A DNA stretch of 64,000 nucleotides from Orbicella franksi (taxonomy: Eukaryota): assembly GCA_964199315.1 (NCBI GenBank), contig OZ116710.1, positions 4,278,001 through 4,342,000 of the forward strand, given 5' to 3'. A model generated the notes under the pieces. That model saw nothing but the letters and a program-made list of their open reading frames with translations, had not been told where the DNA came from and ran no database searches. Position 1 is the stretch's first letter. Each line of letters opens with the position of its first letter. Position numbers and translations under genes: made by a program. Positions 48,501 to 58,725 of the stretch are shown piece after piece.

Positions 48501-51500
48501 AAACTACAGTAACTTGATATCCTGTTTTAGAACTGGCATCCCATTCAGGTGAGAAAATTTGAGCCATGCCCATGTTACCTCTTAAAGGCACAAAACATGA
48601 TGCATCAAACCCCATAGTTAAATTCACAATGTTACAAAATTAATGGAACCTACAAAGGAGATTATCAACTTCCTACATTATATTATTCGACACTAATTCT
48701 CAAATCATGGTACAAATTTCCCATTTTTTCCTCTTCTAAATTCATGTTGCTTTATTTGTCTTGAAGGAATATGTGTGTTTACTGTATAAGAGCCACCTTG
48801 AGGAGATAAAGAACCTTCAACAGCAGGACATACTCCATATTTTGTTTTCCAAAGCCTTGCACTGTTCAGCTGTTCAGGTAATTCTGATTGAGTATTCCAG
48901 CCTTCATTTTGACTCAAATGTTGGGGCTCTTTACCCTACTGGGCCTGGTTGTTCAAAAGCCGATTAACGCTAATCCAGGATTAAAAGTTAATCAAAGTTC
49001 TTATTTCTCTTAGACATTGGTTAAAGCCAAAATTGAAGGACAAAAAATTTAAACAGAAAACTTCACTGAACAAATAAACATATACGCTGGTCCTGGATTA
49101 GCTTAATCGTGCTTTGAACAACCCGGCCCTGGTGTCCTAACACCATGGTGCAGAGGAGGGGTGGGGGGTGGAGGGAGAGGGGCAGGAGAGGGAGGGGAGG
49201 GAAGCAGAGGAGGGAATGGGAAAGGAGGAGGAGGAGTGGACAGATGGAGGTTCAGGTGGAGTTGATGCTTTTCACTGGACAGGTGTAATGTTTTGTGAAT
49301 TCAACACTATTAAAAGTGGGTATTGCCTGTATCGAAAGATAAGGGCCTGTCTGTAAGGGAAACTACCTCTAGTGGGGTAATCAATTTGAGGTTCATCAAG
49401 GTTTATAGATCTGACATGCTGTTTGTCAGTGCCTCTTAATTTCCTTCAATGGCAGTAAATTTTATCCTTATAAACTGAAATGGTTACAAAACTGGAATAC
49501 ATATATGAGTTTCAGTTGCCCACTGATGCAACAGCTACAGGGGCATTTGTCATCAGGAGAACTTTTTACAGGAGTGTTAACTACAGCAGGAACTATTTTC
49601 TATAGTAGGAACCTTTTAATAGGAAGCCTTTCTACATAGAATAGGAACTATTGTCAGAGGGTCCATCAGTAGTGGGAACTATCCAAAGTTACGTCAAAAA
49701 ATTGACCAACCATGTTTCTTTTTTAAGGAGTATGAGAAGGCATCTCAGCTTCTCTCTTATGCCCTTGGGATGGTGAACACTGTTGCAGGAAGGGGTGCTG
49801 CGAGCAGTCCATTAGAGAGAGTGAAGGCTGCAATTCAACAAGAACTCCTTGTGCTAGACATTTCTCAAGAGTCACCTAGCAAGAGGTACAAGTATCTAAG
49901 AAATAATTGATAAAATATTTAGTTCTTACCTGTTCAGTCTGGTTTTTTTTAGATGTGCAAAACACTCCTAGCTGGAGAACAGTGCATCACTTTAGCTGTA
50001 GAGGGAAAAAGAGTGAAAAGGTCAAGCCCAGTTGTAAACTTTGAAAAACCCTACATGAGGCACAGTTCACTGCCAGAACTGCACGAATTGGACTGTTTAA
50101 CCACACAAAAGTTTTTTTTTTTTGTTACAAGCGTTTTGACACCTCATGGGTTCCATATTTTGAGGCTGTTTATTTTCTTTTCTTGGCAGCCGGGCAGAAG
50201 AGATAGCAAAACGAGTCAAGTCTTACATTTGGCAAACCGCTTCAGGTACCGGGCAAGGTTCACATTACTCACTAATAGGGCATTTTTCCATATCTGGTTG
50301 GTTCTCATAATCTACAGTTCAGTCAATTTGTCAATAGCATGCCAAACATAAACAATGTTACTTGTTTCTAAAGAACTTTTGTCTGTCAGGTCAGCAGGTA
50401 ATTGAAACACATAGCTATATATCCAGTTGAAGTTGATATAGGTACATTTACCACCACAGGGAGTTTATAAAGCTGATTTTTTTAGGGTTACATGTAGATC
50501 TTCACCTGAACAAAGTATCCTGAGGAAGGGCTAATGCTTGAAACGATAGCTCAGTATCATAATGGCAGTTAATTTGCCTTTGTCAAAAAATAGCTAAGTG
50601 TTACATAAAACATAGTTGATTTGATGCATTGTATTCTACTAACATGTTAAATTGTTTCCAGGTGCTGCAGAGATTCATGTGGAAGAACAAGTCAATGCCT
50701 TTCTATTAAATGGAAAGGAGTGGGAGTTTCTGTCAGAAATAAGAGTTGATGAGAATGCACAGTCTCTGGATCACAGATCTGTAAGATAATCTGCTGATTA
50801 TCATGTTGGAGTAGATGAACAATTCCTTATATAATACACTAAAAGTGATAGGTGCATCATTTTCTTGCATCCAAACAGTGCAGAAGCAAATATAACAAAT
50901 TACATATTAACAAGGTTAAAATGTCAGTGATAAAAGAGAAAAAAATGTTGACAGTTGGGGTAACATGTTGCAAACCTTGCTTAAATTCAACTTGCCTTGC
51001 AATATTGTTGCATGAAGAGTTGTCGCATGTGAACCTAGTTATTATGATGGCCCAGCTCACCAAATATCTCTTAGTAGCTCAGTGGTTAGAGTCTCCAACC
51101 AGTATCTGGGAGGTCAGGGAGTTGAATCCTTCCATTTTAAGATCTTTATAATCAAGTTGTTTGTATATTACCTGTCTTTTATTCCAGAGCATGTATATAT
51201 CATTCTGTAATCTCTTTTGATCAATGAAGTCTTTTAACACAGTAGGACATGGCAGTATTTTCTTTATGGAGCTTGACTTATCCTTTTTAAATTTTTAGCT
51301 GTGTAGCTTACTAGCATCCACGTGCTACTTTCTGTCAAAACCTCAGGGATGGAGGAAGCCAGCCAGAAGTCTTTGGGATGGCAGTAAGTACATGAATTTT
51401 GTACAATGTACAGGATATTTTCATCGAGACATCTTGGAGTTACACCAAGTTTTGCATCCATTGAAATACCTTCTTATGAATCTCTTTATCAGTCCAGTAA

Positions 51501-54500
51501 TGTATGTGCTTTAGTGTCAGAAAACTCAAATGGAAATTTGAGGAATGCACTGTCTTGCTTAGGTTTATGGTACAAATGTAAAGAACCCCAGGACTCGGGC
51601 GTTTTACATTATTTGTTGTTTTACACAGGATTGCTCTGGTCAAGATGTATTAATTTTTATGTTGAGATCCATTGTCCAGTTACCTAGTTTACATTAAAAA
51701 AAGTGTCATTGCATTTATTATATTCCAGTCATAATGGTGGATTGTTTGGAATCTACATTTACTGTAACTTCATTTTGTTTTGCCTTGATTTGCCATTCCC
51801 AACTTCCCTTTTTATTTCAGTTCTGAAGATATTCAGTAATAACAACATGGGACAACAGAAGAGATCTGCTGATGGAAGTCAAGCAGGCATAGCTTCCCAA
51901 TCTGAAGGACTGAAACTGTAAGATCTTTGTATGTTACACTCCTTATTAGCTGTAAATGCAATCAGTGCTTTGTTTAACTTTTTTTAGATGCAGGGCTCTC
52001 TGCATACCAGCCTTCAAGCTGATTGGGCTTCAAGGTTTCAAGCATATTTTTTTTCTTTTGTTATATTTTTACAATCATTTTTTTAAGAAACCACTCAATA
52101 AAATTATATGATGCATAGCTGTTTCTTACTAAAGTTGGAATTGATTTGCTTATTTATAGAATTGCTTGCTATCTTGCAGGACAAACCTCATTCATTTTGT
52201 TCGAAGAGTAAAGGTAAATCTTTGTAATGCCCTCACTCTCCATTTCAGAAGTGGATAGAAAAAAAGTCAGTATCATCATCATTCAGTCATCTTTTCTTCT
52301 TGTAGGAAGAGACTGTACTCACTGTGTTGATATCATGTTTAGTACGACTGCGTAATGCCTCTGGCAAGGTAGGCATCAATAAAAAAGAATAATTATAATA
52401 TTGTAATTATTGTGGACACAGCATAGTGTAGACATATAATATTGACCACTTTCCTTTGAAAATTGCATTTGCTCAGAAATGATGAAAAGTCGCCAAATAC
52501 ATGAAAACTTGACATAGAAAAAGCAATGAAACTTGGAGAAAGTGTGCTAGTGGCTGTCTAACATACTCCTCACTTGAAACGGTTATTATTAGTACAGCAT
52601 TTAAACAGTTATCATTCAAGTTGTTTGTCCTTTAATTTGCTTTTGAGTCATAATGTGATCAGTTTCATCACTACTGTGTAGTGGGTTACTATCAAGCGCT
52701 GTCCTCATGTTTAATCTTGCAGTAATATTTTCTTTATTTCAAGGTTGATGAGGCAAATAGTCAAAGAGAAATATCAAGTTCACACAGTCATCTCTGGCCT
52801 ACTGCAATCACAAAGTATGTTGCTGGATTTATTTAACAATAACTTGTTTTCTCTACCATCAAAATGTTGAGCAGCAAAAAGGAGTAGTTATTAAAAATCG
52901 CAAGCAAAAAGACTTATTTTTATAGTTCCCCATTGTTAATGTGTCTCTACAGTAATTCACATGTTGTTACTTGCAAGTAATATAATTAACATCCATGGGA
53001 AAGTCACTCTTAGACACTGCAACATAGATCTCTGTTAAAGGGCAATGTCACCATGATTATGGAGTTTTTCAGGTCAAATCCCATATGCCTGTTGAGAGTG
53101 ACAAAAAACTGTGAGCGCAAAAAGTTGGGTGCTGTTTATATTTACAATAATAATTATTTTTTAAAAAGGTTTCTATTGTATGGCACATTTGTTTATTTTA
53201 TGTATCACAGAGGTTTTAAGGTTGGTTTGTTTTAATTAATAGCCCTGGTAATGTAAATTTTGATCACATTGGCCTGGCACTGTCTGGTGTTGTCCACCAT
53301 GCCCTCTCAGTACAGCATCAAAATGTTTCTTGGCTTCAAACTCTAGGAGATATTTATTTAGGTAAGTGATTTGCTAAACACTAATTACAATAACTTCATT
53401 CCTTCCAACATTGTGTTAATTCAGAATCAGGACCGTCCATTAAAAATAATTAGGTCTTTGAGTAATGTACACTGTCATATTTTGAAAACTGCCTTTTTCC
53501 ATACTTCTGTGTCAAGATGTTGCAAATGCAGTTTCCTCTACTTTGTAGAAATTCATTTCATGTCACAAAATAACATGCATGTTGTGGGATACCTCAATAA
53601 GACAGTAGTTCTTAGTAAAGTTTTCAAGTTGTGGTCTTTCATTGGCTGGTCATGCAGTACTACATAGTATTTTGCATGACTTGTTATTTACAGGTTAACA
53701 ATCCCATGGAGATTGCCTCTATAAATTCAGTAAACGTGGCTCATGAGCACAAAGAAGACGTTGCAACCACACTTACGTCCCTCTCATTTTTCATATTCTC
53801 TAGATTCTGGTAATTATTCATCAGCGATGCGGTGCTACCTAGAAGCTGGTGCCATCTCATCGTTTTTCTTCAATTCACCAGTCCCATCAACTGTCTGGGA
53901 TGATCAGGTAGATACTCTAAAACATGAATGTTGAATTGCATAGTCCAGAAGGTGATACAGTCAACAAAGCAAGCCAAGAGTTTATCATAGGACATTTGAC
54001 TTTTTTAAATTTTCACTCTTTGAATGATATGAGGTACACTGATCAAACTTGAGCACAAGTTTCAATCCAAGTATTTATTTGAATGTTGGTCGGATTAGCA
54101 TGTGGCTTCACATGCCACACTCAGGACATGTGAATGTGACAATTTTTCCTATAATTGAATAATGGTTGGCTGTAGCTAACAAGGAATCTCATGTTTCACC
54201 ACAATTTGTATCAAGGTCTAAAGAAAATTCATTATTCACCTTGTTTTGTCAGGTTTACAGAAAAATGGTCACTTGCTGTTCAGCGATGAAAGCTCATATT
54301 CAGGTACTGACAAAAATGTTGCACTGTACTCAGATCAACATCTGCAGAAGGTTGTATGAGATCTGGTTGTTTTGTGCTCTCCTTGCCCCATTCAACTAAT
54401 TACAGTAATTGCTGCTTTGATGTAAATGCAACGAAGTACGAATTATTTAGTAAACAACAAAGCAGCAATTTTGTTTCAAATTGCTTCTTTTGTTGTAAAT

Positions 54501-56203
54501 GAAATTTTCACTTTGGCTGAAGGCTAGACAAAATGTATGGTGCATACCAAGGAGACTTATTGATTCTGAGCTATTTTAATTTAATACGCTTGATCCAAAA
54601 TGCCACAAACTGTGACACCTGTTATGACCTAGGGGCCATGCTGTCAACTGTTCAGCACATCACACCCATAAGATACAGAAGGATGCTCAAATATGTCTGA
54701 CATGATATTATTTTAACTAAATGTGTTTTTAAAGTGTTAAATTTTATTGTCGCTACAGGCAGCTTTACTTTGTCAGTGTATGGAAGTTAAAGATTACACA
54801 ACAGCCTTCAAGGCCCTCCAACAAGCCTCATTAGCAAGGTGATGAAATTATCTGCAAAATTCAATAAGCATACTTTCAATTTTTCAGAGATCCTCATTTC
54901 TACTGTGCATTGGGTGGGACAAATCATGTTAATATGAGGCATTAAAGATAGTTATTGTTTTACTCAACAGTTCTGATGCTATGGACTTCTACTATTCCTT
55001 CTTTTGGGACATAACAATGTTAGAATATCTAACCTGTATCCTTTAAAAGTGATGAATGTAATGAGCATTGTACTTCTTGAAAATGTGCTGCTTTAGAGTG
55101 TAAAATCTTTTTTTTTTTAGTTTTATTTAAATAAAGATAAGGGTATGAGAATGGAAGTGCTGGTGGAGGAAAACGAAAAGGAGGGGTACAACAACCACGA
55201 CAAAATGAGAACAATGATGATCACAATATTATTATTGTTGTCTCTATCAGTGAGACCTTTTTTGAATTTTTAGTGAACTAGACAAACCTCAACTGGTCTT
55301 GTACCAATTAGCTGGACTTCCAGAAATTATGTTGTTTATTAATTTTGCTGCTGCGAGGTAAATTTTTAAACCTTTTTGACTGCAAAGTTCACAATTACCA
55401 TTTGCTTTTTTTGGCGGGGCTATTGACCTTAACACTTAACTTAGTCACCCATGCAAAACGTGGACAAAATGACAAAAAACTGCTTACAGTGAGTTTTATT
55501 GGTTATAACTTATTATAATAGTAATGTTCTCTTGAGTTCCACAGTACTGAAGTCCCTGAAGAATGAATTAAAGGAGCGAGCCAAAATGTTTTTTATGTAC
55601 CAGTATACATGTTCAGCAAGCTGCTGGACGTGCAGAGTATTGGTCTAACGAGCTGAGTGATCTCTGCATTTCATACACAGTGGTCTGTTCCTGAAATTTG
55701 GTTGGCTATAAAGAAACCAATAACCAGGGACAGGCTGCATGTACACTGTATGTTCCCAGCTGATACACTGCCTTGTGGTGCTGGGCAGATCTAGGGGGGT
55801 GCAGTCAATCCCCCTAAATTTAAAAAAAAATGAGACAATATCATAACACTCTGACTTGGCCTCAGAATTCCTGAAATCCCATTGCCGAGGACCTCAATTT
55901 TAAGCCTTTTCCAGGGGAGGATGCCCCCAAAACCCCCTACAGACGACCACCTTTGACCGGGCCGTATCACCCCCTTCTCTAAAATCCTGTATCCTTCCCA
56001 GTGGTGGATTTGGGTAGTTTCAACTTAAATGTCTGTTCCTGGCATTACTCATTCAAAGGGTGTCAATGTTTGAATTTTTTATGCAGATACAAGCCATCAG
56101 TCAACCTGAACTGAACATTTTCAACACATCAGAACTTCTCCAACACACAGAACAAAGCAGGAAAGCTAAGCTACTCAGAACTCTTGCCAAGCAATACCTT
56201 TAG
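36505..56203 (+). CDS. INTS8: Integrator complex subunit 8; 32 exons, 1059 aa: 36505-36619,36991-37055,38288-38400,38962-39028,39440-39513,40231-40290,41072-41114,41780-42109,42617-42703,43864-44034,44946-45203,46104-46195,46639-46720,47161-47254,47858-47994,48531-48548,48767-48877,49728-49885,50190-50245,50662-50780,51299-51383,51821-51917,52180-52213,52306-52368,52744-52814,53243-53361,53804-53907,54253-54303,54759-54838,54971-55035,55445-55488,56087-56203
   Basis: Colinear similarity to recalled human INTS8: SWFDFLFD, QLIVQFLE, LALRAAAQLQWNLEVLEEK, VSFDLGTLYF, LLEDNITFEL, ILFSKALHCS, AFLLN, WPTAI, YLEAGA, DYTTAFKALQ, DAMDFYYSFFWDITMLEYLT, QPELN..N...LAKQYL*. Exon lengths sum to 3180 nt with all phases consistent. 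Exons 12-16 are the least certain. Confidence 0.92.
37186..37620. mobile_element. MITE with TIRs and internal GATCAA/TTGATC subrepeats
   Basis: GATCATGTATACTAAATGCAT / ATGCCTTTAGTACACACGATC. Confidence 0.8.
38416..38870. mobile_element. MITE, second copy of the 6062-6487 family, 15 nt downstream of INTS8 exon 3
   Basis: TATTGATCTCAGACGTCTG ... CTGATGTCTGGGAGCAATA, with a colinear interior (CTCAAAAGTACCAAGTT, TCTTATCCTTGCGATGGATTTTG). Confidence 0.85.
39680..40085. mobile_element. Interspersed repeat (right end shared with 42130-42265)
   Basis: TACCCT(A/G)TTTATGACCAAAA subrepeats. Both loci end ...TTTGGGGC(C/T)GCACATAC.TA.ATA.CCCATATAAGGGAG. Confidence 0.75.
40542..40947. mobile_element. PIF/Harbinger-type MITE
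   Basis: TIRs GGCCCAGTTCAGATGTCGTGCTTCTGC / GCAGAAGCATGACATCTGAACTGGGCT with a TTA TSD. Confidence 0.85.
46222..46500 (+). mobile_element. tRNA-derived SINE
   Basis: B-box-like GGGTTCAATCCC, then CATTGTGTTGTGTTCTTGGG...GATGGACTAGCATCCCATCCAG...TATGCAGACTT (anthozoan SINE body, recalled). Related degenerate copies at ~22040 and ~56620. Confidence 0.8.
46747..46913. mobile_element. Short TIR MITE (same family as 7350-7524)
   Basis: AATAGACCATTTCCAAGTT ... GGCAACTCGGAAATGGCCTATT. Confidence 0.85.
48942..49128. mobile_element. Harbinger-type MITE with CTG (CWG) TSD
   Basis: ~40-bp TIRs GGCCTGGTTGTTCAAAAGCCGATTAACGCTAATCCAGGA / TCCTGGATTAGCTTAATCGTGCTTTGAACAACCCGGCC. CTG at 48939-48941 and 49129-49131. 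Confidence 0.85.
50520..50550 (+). other. Decayed Penelope-type minimal hammerhead ribozyme relic
   Basis: CTGAGGAAGGGCTAATGCTTGAAACGATAGC versus the recalled PLE motif CTGACGAAGGGCTAACGCTCGAAACGTCAGC. The GTC cleavage triplet is mutated. Confidence 0.6.
55036..55444 (+). other. U12-type (minor spliceosome) GT-AG intron in INTS8
   Basis: 5' splice site GTATCCTTT (55036-55044). Branch point CCTTAAC (55427-55433), about 12 nt upstream of the AG at 55443-55444, with no polypyrimidine tract. Flanking exons join in frame (EYLT-F-THAKRG). Confidence 0.92.
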
Positions 56204-56619
56204 TCTAGCCACAGTCACCTATTTACAATACCTCAAAGCCTCTGTACTGAAATGTCATTAATGTAATAAAGACTAACTCAACACATTCTAGTAAACAGTG
56301 GTTATAAGAGTATACAAATAAGAAAGTGACAAGACACCTTATTGATGGTTGTGCTTTTAGCATCCATTAACCACCTAGCAAGTCAGAGGGAGCTGTCTCT
56401 GGTGGCATCTGTGACTGACAGCCAGAATAACTGAAGAAAATCAATCTTTAAACAGGTTTCATTGATGTTTTCAGCAGGAAGACAACTGGCTTTTTCAGGC
56501 AGGCAAAACGTTTTGAACTGAACTTGGTTATATGAAAAACTTTACTCTAGCAGGTCCAGCCAGTCAGACAAAATTGTATTCACAGCTGGTCATACTGGTC
56601 TACACACCCAATGTGCTAG

Positions 56620-56810
56620 CCTCTAAATGAAGGACCCTGGATCAGGGTATTTGGTTTGCGTTCTTAGACAAGAACTTTCTGACACTGCCCTTGTCAACCC
56701 TGTGGGTATAGAAAAATTGGTTGGGAAACCTGACCTGACCAAAGCGCTGGGGGATATCCTGCTATGAACTAGCATCCCACCCAAGGGGAGTATGGGGAAG
56801 GGGTAATAAC
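56620..56810 (+). mobile_element. Degenerate tRNA-derived SINE
   Basis: GCGTTCTTAGACAAGA...ATGAACTAGCATCCCACCCAAGGGG matches the 46222 copy. Confidence 0.6.
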
Positions 56811-57869
56811 CACCTGTAATGAGACACCCTTGCTTTTTTGATTCTTTGGGATTGAACACACTTGACAGATAATAATGAAAACAAACCCAGAGAACATCAT
56901 TCGATATATTACATTCTTTATTTAATATTCAAGTATTTTAACTAGTGCCAGCTAGTAGTGAATTGCCAGATTAACGTGAGATGGAGATATCTTGTCACAA
57001 GCTTAATGCTTTGTTCTCACAATTTGACCCATGAATTCAAGCTGATTTGATTCAAGTGTCAAGTGCTATGGACAAATTGAATAAATAATATACATTGTAA
57101 TGTGCTTTGTTCTTTTGTATGAACTGTTTCTCTTCAATGTATGTCTCTGGAAAAAGTTCACTTGTGTGAACATGGAAATGGATGCATTGTGCCTCATGAT
57201 CTCAGGTCAATCAATCCTGATATTGATCAACATCTAATAACCTGTGGGTAGGGAGAAGAGACCTTTTCTTTGTTGCTTCCCGTGACTCTTAGCAGAGTTT
57301 ATTCCACTCTCATATCCAATCTTTTCACACATGTAGGAGTGTGCATACAGGCATCATTTTTATCTATTTGCACACAAGCTAGATATCTATTTATTTGCCA
57401 AATATCAGTAGTCATTTGGTCATTCAAAACACTCAGGTTAGCAAATCACCTTAGTTAGTCCCTATTTGTGCCATGTGGCACATAACCCAAAGATACGTAA
57501 CTCACTGACTTAGTGTAACTGTGAAAGTGAAGTGTTAGAAAATATTAACTTTTGGATGTAGTAACTCTTAATGTACCTCTAAAAGTTCAAAGAATATTTT
57601 CAGTCATAATATTATACAACTTCTCTTACATTGTCCCAAATAAACTTGAGACAACTTTGATAGACCATGCAATGGTCTGCCTTAAAATTTTGTCATTAGG
57701 CCATACATATGCTATGTAATTAATATAATTATAATTTACATTATACTGTATTCTATAATGTATTTAGATTTGTTTGGTTATTTACACAAAAGTATTTACA
57801 GTGCTATGATTTCCACTTGGATATATACCTGGAATATATATATATATATGTAGTTATGCAACACTTTTG

Positions 57870-58110
57870 AGTGGTATACTATAGAATGTCCCATGAGTCA
57901 CTTGAATTTTCTCAGTATACACACGTGACAAGCCTTTACATTACATGGTATACCATGAGTAAACGTTGCATAACTATTTTATACCATGCCATAGAAAATA
58001 CAGTGACCAATACAATTACATGTGACATACACGCAGGCATGATAGGAAGGTTGGATGTAACACCATCAAATAATATAATACAAAGGCTTTCCTGTATGGC
58101 ATGGTATAAA
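57870..58110. repeat. Interspersed palindromic repeat (MITE-like)
   Basis: TTTATACCATGCCATAGAAAATACAG ... CTGTATGGCATGGTATAAA inverted pair. Confidence 0.65.
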
Positions 58111-58725
58111 TGCTGGTATTATGTAATGCATTTATTAGATGAGATTGGGCATGATAGCAAGGATTTTCAAGCCTCAGAAAGTTGATATGCTCTACTTGTA
58201 GAAGCCTAACGGCCAAAGCAGATAACTCAAACTGAGTCCTTAACAATAAACTATCATGCATAAACTAGATTCACTGCTACAAATCTCAATGTTTAAATAT
58301 GACATCACAACTTCTTACTGTATAAATTAATTATCCAGCATAGAAGAGCTAGATGCCCTCAATCAACAAGAATAAATTATAGCAGAATTTTATTTTAAAT
58401 AATTTTATTTTAAGTTAGTGAGTAAGTGAACAGATTGCGATGGTTGAATGGGATGGTGTATCTAAAGGCTAATAACTCAAATAACCTACCATACTACCTT
58501 AGAGAATCTTCAGCTCAAACTGAAAACCCCAAAAATGAAATTCCTGCTGGAAAATTTATATTCTTGTCGCAACCAATCAGAGTTGAGCTGGAGATTAAAC
58601 AATCCATACGCCAGTAATAAAACTGAAAGGTGTTCCAATTTTGTCATAAGACATGCATATTGCCCTAGTTTTCTTGTCCAAAACAGATCAAGTTGTTGTT
58701 GTAAAGGATGATGATATTGGCACTT

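Noticed and set aside
51055-51130. tRNA-like sequence (TAGCTCAGTGGTTAGAG...GAGTTGAATCC)
   Set aside because: A/B-box remnants only, with no acceptor stem or proper cloverleaf. It is embedded in a repeat, so it is a SINE/repeat head rather than a tRNA gene.
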